Assembly: GCA_964474995.1 (NCBI GenBank)
Contig: CAYYUY010000006.1
Span: 1 to 58,443 of the forward strand
Length of the DNA stretch: 58,443 nt
Direction: 5' to 3'
Origin: an uncultured Candidatus Saccharibacteria bacterium
Lineage (GTDB): Bacteria > Patescibacteriota > Saccharimonadia > Saccharimonadales > JALRHH01
Shown here: one piece after another, positions 20,306-29,139 of the stretch
How positions within the stretch are numbered: the first letter of the stretch is position 1
How the letters are laid out: each line of letters starts with the position of its first letter
Program-made: the position numbers and the translations under genes
Notes under the pieces: model-generated
The model's database searches: none
What the model was told of the DNA's origin: nothing
The model's input: the letters and a program-made list of their open reading frames with translations, nothing else

Positions 20306-21301
20306 TTAGTCGATTGCGACGTAGTCAAAGCTGAAGCTTTGGCCGGCAGGTGCTGGGTTGGTACTGCAAATACTGAAGTTACTACTACTGCGGTTGATGT
20401 AGTAGTTCAGACCACCCGCTGCGGAGCCAACAGGACTTAGGGCGATATGTGGAGTGCCATTGAAACGATTAGTGAAGTTGACGGTTACAAAACAGCCAGC
20501 ACCAGGGGACCCACCAATATTGATGGTCACCGTACCAGCAGTGTCAGTACCGCTTACCGAGCTTGTACCACCGTTACCCAGGGCACCACCGTCTGATTTG
20601 CCTGGGGTGCCACCACCCGCGTCAATATGACGAATTAGTTGTAAGTCTCCGGCCAAGATAAGGCTTTGAACGTTGAGTACTGGCGCAGAAAGTGGGCCGC
20701 CGAAGGTCGCACCACCAGTACTATTGATACCTTTGACGTTTACTTGACCTTGTATGGTCATATTGCCAGCCACTGAGAGGCTATTGGCGGTAATCTGATC
20801 GAATGTGCTCGTACCTGATACAGAAATACCCGGTAGGCTCAGCGCGCCACCGACTTTGATTGCGCCAGCTACATCCAAGCTGTCACGGATGAGGACTTTA
20901 CCAGAGAATATCGCATTTGATTCAATTGTAAGTGTTTGTTTGGGGTCACCAACTTTGGCATCACTACCCTGCAGCTGTGCAAGCGCTTCTTTGGTTAATG
21001 GTTGGGTTGTAATGGTGGTAGGTGCGTCAGCTTTTTTACCTTTTTGGAATGATATAAACACCACGCCAAGCGCCAGCACGAATATGAATATGAATAGCAA
21101 AAAATAAATATTGAGATGGGTTATCAGACCACGTACGCGCTGGCCGATACTCTGACTCTTTTTGGTCTCGAGCTTTTCTACTGGTTCTGTTACAGAGCCA
21201 GTAGACTCAAGGCTACTTGGATCATAGTCGTTTGACCCGGTAGGGGTCTCAGTTGTCTCAGGACTAGTAGGTTGTTCTTCTTTTGATTTATCGTCGTCCA
21301 T
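20306..21301 (-). CDS. Membrane-anchored protein with extracellular beta-helix-like repeat region
   Basis: Acidic N-terminal tail, one TM (IYFLLFIFIFVLALGVVFISF), Gly/Ser/Val-rich short repeats (GAIKVGGALSLPGISVSGTSTF...) and a C-terminal globular domain. Confidence 0.75.
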   Translation of the reverse strand: MDDDKSKEEQPTSPETTETPTGSNDYDPSSLESTGSVTEPVEKLETKKSQSIGQRVRGLITHLNIYFLLFIFIFVLALGVVFISFQKGKKADAPTTITTQPLTKEALAQLQGSDAKVGDPKQTLTIESNAIFSGKVLIRDSLDVAGAIKVGGALSLPGISVSGTSTFDQITANSLSVAGNMTIQGQVNVKGINSTGGATFGGPLSAPVLNVQSLILAGDLQLIRHIDAGGGTPGKSDGGALGNGGTSSVSGTDTAGTVTINIGGSPGAGCFVTVNFTNRFNGTPHIALSPVGSAAGGLNYYINRSSSNFSICSTNPAPAGQSFSFDYVAID

Positions 21302-21407
21302 ACAAGGCGCTTTTGCTTAGAATAATTACCTTTTATGATACACGACCTCTTGGAAAAAACATAAACAGATTGCAACATTGGTGCAAATCGGGCACAATTG
21401 ATATCAA

Positions 21408-22157
21408 ATGAGGCTCGTGAAACAAACAAGGGTAGTTATGTCGCTAGTAGCTGTTTTGGTACTGTGTTTGCCGTTGCGCGCGCTGGCTGACCAATCTTCC
21501 TCGACAAATTACAAAGTTGATCAGACATTCTTTGGCTCAGGTGGTGATACTGAGAATTCATCAGCAAACTACAAAGCCAAGACAACCGTTGGTGAGCTTG
21601 GTGTTGGTAACTTCTCAAGTGCCAACTATCAAGCATTTGCCGGGTTTAATACTACGGATGAGCCATACCTTGAATTTGTAGTAACTGGTAGCAATATTGA
21701 TCTCGGTTATCTGAGTACTTCACAAGTCGCAACCGCCAACGGTCAGTTCTTTGTTCGAGCATGGCAATCAGGTGGTTATGTCATCCGTACGGAGGCAAAT
21801 CCACCGACAAATACTGGCCCGAGTGGGCATCAATTAACACCTATGACAGGTGGTGGATCGGTCCCAGGTACCGAACAATTCGGAATGAATCTTGTTAAAA
21901 ATACTAACTTTTGTGGTGTGGGTTGTAATCTGGGTGCGGATGAGCAGCAGAATAATCAATTCTCGAGCGGATCGGTAGCAAGCGGATACAATACCCCTGG
22001 AGTATTTAAATATAACAAGGGTGATATTATTGCTGAAGCAAACCAGAGCTCGAGCGTAACAGTCTATACATTATCGTATCTATTTAATATTAGTGGCATC
22101 ACGCAGTCTGGTGAGTATAAATTTAGTCATGTGTTAGTGGCTACGGCTACATTCTAG
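21408..22157 (+). CDS. Secreted pilin-like protein, family member 1 (249 aa)
   Basis: Signal peptide ...LPLRALA|DQ. Three S-x-N-Y-K/Q repeats. Shares EQFGMNL and the C-terminal SGEYKFSHVLVATATF-COOH motif with the next three genes. Confidence 0.8.
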   Translation: MRLVKQTRVVMSLVAVLVLCLPLRALADQSSSTNYKVDQTFFGSGGDTENSSANYKAKTTVGELGVGNFSSANYQAFAGFNTTDEPYLEFVVTGSNIDLGYLSTSQVATANGQFFVRAWQSGGYVIRTEANPPTNTGPSGHQLTPMTGGGSVPGTEQFGMNLVKNTNFCGVGCNLGADEQQNNQFSSGSVASGYNTPGVFKYNKGDIIAEANQSSSVTVYTLSYLFNISGITQSGEYKFSHVLVATATF

Positions 22158-22254
22158 GTAATTTTGGTTCAATTTTTTGCAAAAATAACGGTTATCTGTG
22201 CAGATGTTGTGGAAAAGTAGAGCATAAGCCAAATCAACCCCTGTTGTTGGCAAT

Positions 22255-22283
22255 TTGCTAATTCGGTTATGGTTTGCTACTGT
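22255..22283 (+). promoter_or_regulatory. Promoter ATTTGCTA-N17(TGn)-TACTGT for paralog A
   Basis: Same TTGCTA -35 context and spacing as at 23588. Confidence 0.4.
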
Positions 22284-22342
22284 CAGGGTGTCTTCATAAA
22301 ACAACAAGGCATAAGTAAGTAAAAACAATCAGGAGGCCTCAC

Positions 22343-23491
22343 ATGTTCCACCTTCGTCAAACGAAGCGGCTTGTCTATCCATTGACCGCCGTTTCCTTAA
22401 TCGTAGCGACCGTTCTGCCGGTACTGCAGTCTTCGACTGCCAATGCCGCGCAAGTACAATCGCGTAGCATTCAGATTAGTGAATCAGCGGCCAGCGCTAC
22501 GAGCGTGAAATATCACGTCTCATTCAAGACGGCCACCACAGGTTCAGTTGGCGGTTACGTCCTCGAATTCTGTGATAACAGTCCAATTATCGGCGACACG
22601 ACGTGTGGCGCGATTGCTGGGTTTAATATTGGCGCTCCAACAGTGACAAACCAGTCGGTCGGCGGGGCTGGTATAGAAGATCTTTCGACCTTCACAACGG
22701 CCTCAGCGCTAACAACGCATACACTTGCGTTGTCTGCAGGTTCCGCTGTCGCAATGACAAGTGGTAACGTCGCCTCATTTGACCTAACGTCAGTTACGAA
22801 CCCATCTACGGTGAACCACACCTACTATGCTCGTGTATACACTTACGGTAGCGCTGGTGGTGCAACTGGCTACTTGCTAGCGAACCCAAGTGCAGGTGCA
22901 GCAGTTGTAGATTCAGGTGGTTTTGCACTCAGTACTGCTCAGCAAGTTACCGTTACTGCCAAGGTCCAGGAACAATTAAGTTTCTGTGTCTACACTGGTG
23001 CTAACTGTGCTGCGGGTGGTAGTACTGTGAACCTCGGTGACACAAACGGCGTTCTAGCTCAGTACAACACGTCATATCAAGACGCTTCAACCAAGTTTGA
23101 TATAGCAACGAACGCTCAAACAGGTGCGATTGTGAACCTCAAAATGGACACTCTCAAATCTGGCGCAAATTCAATTGCTGCTCAGGGTGTAGCCTGTACG
23201 GCTGACTCTATTGCAACGAATGTTGCACAGTTCGGAGTCCGTGTTAGTAATGTGGGTGCTGCACCATTGGTTGCTACGTCACCGTACGACTGTGCTGCGA
23301 CCAATCACACGCTCGATACCAACAACACAACTGGTACCACCTCTCCATACGGCCAAACAGTTGCCAATACGACCTCACAGCCATTGGCTACCACAACTGG
23401 TACTGTCGAATTCTCAGCCAAGGCTGCTTTGACAACCCCAGCTGGTATTTACACAACGACCGCGAACTTCATCGCGACAGGTACGTTCTAG
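22343..23491 (+). CDS. Secreted pilin-like protein, paralog A (382 aa)
   Basis: SD AATCAGGAG and signal peptide ending ANA|AQ. Two conserved Cys pairs, QFG motif, C-terminus PAGIYTTTANFIATGTF-COOH. Confidence 0.85.
   Translation: MFHLRQTKRLVYPLTAVSLIVATVLPVLQSSTANAAQVQSRSIQISESAASATSVKYHVSFKTATTGSVGGYVLEFCDNSPIIGDTTCGAIAGFNIGAPTVTNQSVGGAGIEDLSTFTTASALTTHTLALSAGSAVAMTSGNVASFDLTSVTNPSTVNHTYYARVYTYGSAGGATGYLLANPSAGAAVVDSGGFALSTAQQVTVTAKVQEQLSFCVYTGANCAAGGSTVNLGDTNGVLAQYNTSYQDASTKFDIATNAQTGAIVNLKMDTLKSGANSIAAQGVACTADSIATNVAQFGVRVSNVGAAPLVATSPYDCAATNHTLDTNNTTGTTSPYGQTVANTTSQPLATTTGTVEFSAKAALTTPAGIYTTTANFIATGTF
23369..23490 (+). repeat. 122-nt block identical to 24713-24834 (3' ends of paralogs A and B)
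   Basis: Perfect identity by direct comparison. Further identical blocks of about 40-50 nt lie upstream. Confidence 0.9.
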
Positions 23492-23517
23492 TAAATAAAC
23501 GTTAAACGTTTTAGCGT

Positions 23518-23552
23518 AGAAAGAACCGCCCACAAGGTGGTTCTTTCTATTT
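23518..23552 (+). terminator. Rho-independent terminator between paralogs A and B
   Basis: 13-bp stem AGAAAGAACCGCC / GGTGGTTCTTTCT with loop CACAA, then ATTT. Confidence 0.65.
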
Positions 23553-23587
23553 AGCTTAAGCGCATTATTATTCCTGTGGATAACTAT

Positions 23588-23616
23588 TTGCTACATAATC
23601 ATAAGCGTGGTAAGAT
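23588..23616 (+). promoter_or_regulatory. Promoter ATTTGCTA-N17(TGn)-TAAGAT for paralog B
   Basis: Hexamers at 23588-23593 and 23611-23616. Parallels the paralog A promoter. Confidence 0.4.
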
Positions 23617-23677
23617 TCCGGCATTAGGTCACTAATATAAAAACGTAAACAAAAATAAAAATCAGGAGAATATTAAG

Positions 23678-24835
23678 ATGAAAAAGCTCAAGCAGCTTGC
23701 AAGACGCAGCGCGAGTATAACCAACGCGTTGGTTTTGATCGTAGCTACGCTGTTGCCAATCCTTGCATTGCAGGGTACAGCAACAGCAGCGCAAGTGACG
23801 ACGCGTTCCATACAGATGAGTAATTCATCAGGTGGCGCCACGGGTGTGACATACCATGTTTCATTTAAGATGGCATCGGTAGCATCACAAAACATACAAG
23901 GTATTGTGGTTGATTTCTGTGATAACAGTCCAATTATTGGCGACACCACTTGTTCTGCACTTCCAGGTTCGTTTAGTACCGGGACAACTGTTGCTAACCA
24001 ATCAAGCCTCGCTGGTGCTGATATATCAACCTTCACCACCGTTACAGCCCTTAGTCATGGAATCTCTTTGACGGCAGCAGCACCAGTTAGTATGACATCG
24101 TCAGCTAATGCCGTATCGTTTGATATTACAGCTGCGACAAACCCATCGACCAACAACCACACCTTCTACGCTCGTATTTACACATACGCAACAGCTGCGG
24201 CTGCAAACGGCTACACCGTAGCTAACCCAAGTGTTGTAGGCGCATATGTTGATGCAGGCGGTGTTGCACTCAGTACAGCACAGCAAATTACCGTTACTGC
24301 AAAGGTCCAGGAACAGTTAACCTTCTGTGTCTACACTGGTGCTAACTGTGCCGCGGGTGGTAGTACAGTAGCTCTTGGTGACGCAAACGGTGTTCTTGCA
24401 AACTACGCAAGTGCCTATCAAGACGCTTCAACCAAGTTTGATATAGCAACGAACGCTCAAACAGGTGCAGTGGTAAATCTCAAGATGGACACTTTGAAAT
24501 CTGGTGGTAACTCAATTGCCCAACAGGGTGTAGCTTGTGCTGCAGACTCCACAACGACCAGCGTTGCACAATTCGGTTTACGTGTCAGTAACGTTGGCGC
24601 TGCTCCACTCGAGACGATCACTGGCGCTTACGACTGTGGCTCTGGTAATCACATGCTTGATACCAACAACACAACTGGTACCACCTCTCCATACGGCCAA
24701 ACGATCGCTGACACGACCTCACAGCCATTGGCTACCACAACTGGTACTGTCGAATTCTCAGCCAAGGCTGCTTTGACAACCCCAGCTGGTATTTACACAA
24801 CGACCGCGAACTTCATCGCGACAGGTACGTTCTAA
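23678..24835 (+). CDS. Secreted pilin-like protein, paralog B (385 aa)
   Basis: SD AATCAGGAG and signal peptide ending ATA|AQ. C-terminal half nearly identical to paralog A, N-terminal third divergent. Confidence 0.85.
   Translation: MKKLKQLARRSASITNALVLIVATLLPILALQGTATAAQVTTRSIQMSNSSGGATGVTYHVSFKMASVASQNIQGIVVDFCDNSPIIGDTTCSALPGSFSTGTTVANQSSLAGADISTFTTVTALSHGISLTAAAPVSMTSSANAVSFDITAATNPSTNNHTFYARIYTYATAAAANGYTVANPSVVGAYVDAGGVALSTAQQITVTAKVQEQLTFCVYTGANCAAGGSTVALGDANGVLANYASAYQDASTKFDIATNAQTGAVVNLKMDTLKSGGNSIAQQGVACAADSTTTSVAQFGLRVSNVGAAPLETITGAYDCGSGNHMLDTNNTTGTTSPYGQTIADTTSQPLATTTGTVEFSAKAALTTPAGIYTTTANFIATGTF
24713..24834 (+). repeat. 122-nt block identical to 23369-23490
   Basis: Direct comparison. 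Confidence 0.9.
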
Positions 24836-24853
24836 GCGTATACAATATGAAGT

Positions 24854-25912
24854 ATGCAAATTTTGGGAAAGACTGACCGCTCTCTAAAACTTGTAAGCAT
24901 ACTTACAGCAATGGCACTCCTATTCTCGGGAGTGCCATTTGCGCGTCTTGCATCTGCAGCCCAGCTGATTAATAGGTATGATAAGTTATCTAGTTCTGAG
25001 GCTTCTGCTGTCGCAACGCATGAAGTTGGCTTTACTTTCGGTAATCTTGCTGTTCCTGTTGGTTCGATAAGTTTAGAATTTTGCGGCAACGATCCCTTGC
25101 CAAATACACCTTGCACACCGCCGAGTGGTTTTGATGCAACAGGTGTTAGTCTGGATGATCAGGCAGGAGAAATTGGGTTTAGTGTTGACCCAAGCTCAAG
25201 TGTAAACAAGATAATTTTGACAAGGCCAGCTGCGTTGCCGACAAGTACCCCATCAACGTATACCCTAGGGAATATTATCAATCCAGATACCATCGGAACA
25301 TTTTATATACGATTACAAACGTTTACGAGTACTGATGGCACAGGTGTTGATATTGAGGCGGCAGGACTTGCTCTTTCGACAAGTGCGAAATTCACTGTCA
25401 GCACTGAGGTCCCACCGTATCTTACATTTTGTTCAAGTGTCACTATATCTGGAGATGACTGCACGTCCGCTACAAGCTTTCTTATAGATATGGGTGAATT
25501 TGTGGCCACGAAATCAAGTAGTGCAACTTCTGAGTTTGTGGTCCAAACAAATGCACAGTCAGGCTATAGCGTTACACTCTCGGGCAGCACGCTAACATCT
25601 GGTAATAACACCATAACTGCATTAGCAGTACCTACCACGCCACAGAAGGGGACACCCCAGTTTGGTATGAACTTACGAGCTAATTCCAACCCATCCATCG
25701 GTGCTGATCCATCAGGACTCGGGCTTGGTATCGTGGGTGCATCTTATGGGGTGCCGAATAAGTTCACGTTCAGGAATGGCGATATTATTGCTTCAGCAGG
25801 GGCGCCTGACTATGAAAAGTACACAGTGACCTACATTGCCAATGTTAACTCAACCCAAGCTCCAGGCTTTTACGCAACCACTATCTCCTTCATATGTTTG
25901 GCAAACTTTTAA
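24854..25912 (+). CDS. Secreted pilin-like protein, family member 4 (352 aa)
   Basis: Signal peptide ...RLASA|AQ. Shares the AAQ..R...S.S.AS N-terminal motif, LEFC-x10-C, TNAQSGYSVTLSG, PQFGMNL and C-terminal APGFYATTISFICLANF-COOH. Confidence 0.8.
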   Translation: MQILGKTDRSLKLVSILTAMALLFSGVPFARLASAAQLINRYDKLSSSEASAVATHEVGFTFGNLAVPVGSISLEFCGNDPLPNTPCTPPSGFDATGVSLDDQAGEIGFSVDPSSSVNKIILTRPAALPTSTPSTYTLGNIINPDTIGTFYIRLQTFTSTDGTGVDIEAAGLALSTSAKFTVSTEVPPYLTFCSSVTISGDDCTSATSFLIDMGEFVATKSSSATSEFVVQTNAQSGYSVTLSGSTLTSGNNTITALAVPTTPQKGTPQFGMNLRANSNPSIGADPSGLGLGIVGASYGVPNKFTFRNGDIIASAGAPDYEKYTVTYIANVNSTQAPGFYATTISFICLANF

Positions 25913-25971
25913 ACGCCATGCTACCATAAGCGCATACAAAATTTGTTTAATAAACAAGAGGAACGGGAAGA

Positions 25972-26949
25972 ATGAAAAAACACATCAGACAGTTGATGGT
26001 TGGCTTGGTGAGTGCCACCTTTATGGCAGTCGCGCTTGTAGTTTCACCTGCAAAGGCAGCAACACAAAATCAGAGTGCTAATGGTTTTCGAATCTCGCCA
26101 ATTCGCAGTGAGCTAACTATTGAAAAAGGTAAAAGAACTACACTGACTATCAGTGTAGAAAACCCAACTAACGCGGCGACTACGGTGCGTGCTGACGTGC
26201 TTGATTTTGTTGCTGGTTCAGATGAGTCAGGGCAACCTCGATTGATCCTTGATAACAAAACACCAGCACCAAAGAACGACTTCAAAAAGCTTGTTGGCTC
26301 TGTGCCTGACTTAGAACTCAAGGCTAACGAACGAAAATCAGTAAATATTACCATTGCAGTACCTTCAGACGCCTCGTCTGGCGGCTACTATGGTGCTATT
26401 CGTTTCGTACCCGCAAGCGCCAGTGACCAATCTACTGTTGGTGTGGTTGCTAGTGTCGGTTCACTTGTTCTAGTAACCGTACCAGGTAACTTAAATGAAC
26501 AGCTTAACCTTGTTCAGCTTAGTGCAGGCCAAAACGATAAAACAAAAAGCTTTATCACTAAAGGCAAAGTTGATGTTGTTACAAGACTTAAAAACACGGG
26601 GGACATTCATGTTAAGCCTTTTGGCCGTGTAGATGTAAAGAACATGTTTGGTAAAACAGTTGCTACGTTTGAACTCAACAATACCGAGCCACGAGCCAAT
26701 GTTCTGCCTGATACCACTCGCAAATTTACGAATAATTTGTCAAACAAAAAATGGTTTGGTCGTTACACAATTGAAGCCAACATTGGTTATCAGCAGGGTA
26801 GTGGAAATATTTTGAGCGCTAAGTCTACTTTCTGGTATGTACCTACTTGGGCATTAATAATCTTAGGTGTACTACTCGTCATCATCGGTTTGGGTATCTA
26901 CCTACTCTTCCGCAAATATGGCAAAAAAGGCCATCGTTCACGGAAATAG
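25972..26949 (+). CDS. Signal peptide plus two Ig-like modules plus C-terminal TM anchor; DUF916/DUF3324-like (Csc/WxL-cluster type) or PapD-like protein
   Basis: FRISPIRSELTIEKGKRTTLTISVENPTN and VPSDASSGGYYGAIRF blocks. Second module has RLKNTGDIHVKPFGRVDV. C-terminal TM followed by KYGKKGHRSRK. Confidence 0.8.
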   Translation: MKKHIRQLMVGLVSATFMAVALVVSPAKAATQNQSANGFRISPIRSELTIEKGKRTTLTISVENPTNAATTVRADVLDFVAGSDESGQPRLILDNKTPAPKNDFKKLVGSVPDLELKANERKSVNITIAVPSDASSGGYYGAIRFVPASASDQSTVGVVASVGSLVLVTVPGNLNEQLNLVQLSAGQNDKTKSFITKGKVDVVTRLKNTGDIHVKPFGRVDVKNMFGKTVATFELNNTEPRANVLPDTTRKFTNNLSNKKWFGRYTIEANIGYQQGSGNILSAKSTFWYVPTWALIILGVLLVIIGLGIYLLFRKYGKKGHRSRK

Positions 26950-26977
26950 ATAGGTTCTGAAGAACTAAACAACTAAA

Positions 26978-27008
26978 CAAGGGCTACTGAGGTAGCCCTT
27001 GTTTTTTA
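26978..27008 (+). terminator. Rho-independent terminator
   Basis: CAAGGGCTAC-tgag-GTAGCCCTTG followed by TTTTTT. Confidence 0.8.
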
Positions 27009-27065
27009 TCCCTGTTACGTTATGATTGATGTAAGTAAAGCATAACAAGTTAAAGCAAAATAAAT

Positions 27066-27995
27066 ATGCGACTCAAGCGACTACTAGGCACACATAAATA
27101 CATATCCGGACTGGTCTCTATACTTGTGCTAGTGATAAGTTTTGTCGGTGTACAGGCAGCATTTGCTGCAGCCCCGCCACCCGAAAACCCACAAAGCGGG
27201 TCAACTGGCGTGCAGGGCAAGATCTCGAGCCCGCCACCATCAGTTGCAGCCACAATCTCTTTGCCTCGTGATGGTCAGAGCTTTAGTACGCTCCCCGTCA
27301 CTGTGACTGGTCTGTGTCCAAAGGATACACTTGTAAAGATCTTCAAAAACAATGTGTTTTCTGGATCAGTACAGTGTACAAATGGTAGTTTTAGTATTCA
27401 AATTGATCTGTTTGATGGTAGGAACGAACTTATTGCACGCGTCTACGATGCGCTTGATCAGGCAGGGCCAGATTCTAGCACGGTGACCGTAAACTTTGAT
27501 GACAATAAAGCCGGTACTGCATCACGCGTCAGTCTTACCAGTAATTACGCCAAGCGCGGCGCCAATCCTGGGTCAATCCTAACATGGCCGATCGTCTTAT
27601 CAGGTGGTATTGGTCCGTATGCATTGAGTATCGACTGGGGCGACGGCAAGTCACCTGATCTTAAAAGCCAAGCCTTTCCAGGTGCATTGGATATCACCCA
27701 TACTTATGACAGCCCAGGTGTATACAACATCGTGATTAAAGCCACCGATAGTAATGGTGGGGTGGCATATCTGCAGCTTGTTGGCATTGCGAATGGTCCG
27801 TTGAGCCAAGATAGCACCAATGGTACTAATAAAAACGGTGGCAGCAACAGTGATTCATCGACTACCAAGACAAAGGTGTTATGGCAGCCGGCAGCAATTC
27901 TCCTTCCGTTGATTGGTGCAGGATTCTGGTTGGGTGGTCGGCATCAGATGCATACTTTACGCAAGAAGATTGAGCGTGGCGATCGACCTTTCTAA
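27066..27995 (+). CDS. Anchored surface protein with Ig-like and PKD domains
   Basis: N-terminal signal/anchor, Pro-rich linker, PKD signature IDWGDG...THTYDSPGVYNIVIKATDSNG, C-terminal TM plus basic tail. Confidence 0.8.
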   Translation: MRLKRLLGTHKYISGLVSILVLVISFVGVQAAFAAAPPPENPQSGSTGVQGKISSPPPSVAATISLPRDGQSFSTLPVTVTGLCPKDTLVKIFKNNVFSGSVQCTNGSFSIQIDLFDGRNELIARVYDALDQAGPDSSTVTVNFDDNKAGTASRVSLTSNYAKRGANPGSILTWPIVLSGGIGPYALSIDWGDGKSPDLKSQAFPGALDITHTYDSPGVYNIVIKATDSNGGVAYLQLVGIANGPLSQDSTNGTNKNGGSNSDSSTTKTKVLWQPAAILLPLIGAGFWLGGRHQMHTLRKKIERGDRPF

Positions 27996-28050
27996 GGCAC
28001 CCATTACTTTGCCTGCTTATTAGGCCACTATCTGTTAAAATAGACAAGTT

Positions 28051-29094
28051 ATGAATCAAGTTGTATACGTCGGACTCAGTGGTGGAGTTGATAGCTCTGT
28101 GACCGCAGCCCTCCTAAAGGAGCAGGGCTATACCGTGGTGGGCGTTTACATGAAGAACTGGACCCAAGATCTACCAGGGTTTACCTGCCCGTGGATGGAA
28201 GATTACCAAGACGCCAAGCGCGTGGCTGTGCAGCTGGGCATCGAGTTCAAGATGTATGATTTCGAAACCGAATATCGTCAGCAAGTGGTTGACTACATGA
28301 TCGATGAATACCAGGCTGGGCGCACGCCAAACCCAGACATCATGTGTAACCAAGAAGTGAAATTCAAATTATTCCTCAATACCGCACTCGCCGATGGTGC
28401 CGACATGATCGCAACTGGCCACTATTCACGTATCAAAGATGGTCAATTGCTAACCGCAAAGAATGTGGCAAAAGATCAATCATACTTCCTTTACAGAGTT
28501 ACTGAAGAAGCATTGACCAAGAGTCTCATGCCCCTCGGAGATTTCACTGACAAAGCCGAAGTCCGGGCGCTTGCCAAGAAGTTTGGTCTGGTCACAGCCG
28601 ATAAAAAAGACAGTCAAGGAATTTGTTTTGTTGGAAAAGTCGGCATCAAGGAATTCCTGGAGCAATTTGTCGAAACAAAACCAGGCGCAATTCTCACACA
28701 AGATGGCCAGGTAATTGGTGAGCACGAAGGCGCTATATTCTATACGATTGGCCAGCGTCATGGCCTGAATGTTGGCGGTGGCTTGCCGTACTACGTGATT
28801 GGCAAAGATATGACCAAGAATGAAGTCTACGTGACCACCAAGCTCGATGATGAAAAACTATGGCTCGATACTATCAATCTGACGGATGCACACTGGATTA
28901 ATGGTGCCCCGGACGTAGACAAGAAATACCAAGTACGCACCAGATACCGAGCCGACTTAGTTGATTGCACATTGAGCGAGGCTGACGGCGTATGGCACAT
29001 TGCGCTTGATGATCAGGTTAGAGCCATTACGCCCGGCCAGTCAGCCGTCATTTACGAAGCAGACCGCGTAGTTGGCGGCGGCATCGTTATTTAG
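28051..29094 (+). CDS. mnmA: tRNA-specific 2-thiouridylase MnmA
   Basis: PP-loop GLSGGVDSS and a conserved catalytic Cys context. Confidence 0.92.
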   Translation: MNQVVYVGLSGGVDSSVTAALLKEQGYTVVGVYMKNWTQDLPGFTCPWMEDYQDAKRVAVQLGIEFKMYDFETEYRQQVVDYMIDEYQAGRTPNPDIMCNQEVKFKLFLNTALADGADMIATGHYSRIKDGQLLTAKNVAKDQSYFLYRVTEEALTKSLMPLGDFTDKAEVRALAKKFGLVTADKKDSQGICFVGKVGIKEFLEQFVETKPGAILTQDGQVIGEHEGAIFYTIGQRHGLNVGGGLPYYVIGKDMTKNEVYVTTKLDDEKLWLDTINLTDAHWINGAPDVDKKYQVRTRYRADLVDCTLSEADGVWHIALDDQVRAITPGQSAVIYEADRVVGGGIVI

Positions 29095-29139
29095 TTACAC
29101 TCGTCAATCAGAGTTACCTCTGTTAAAATAAACCAATAT

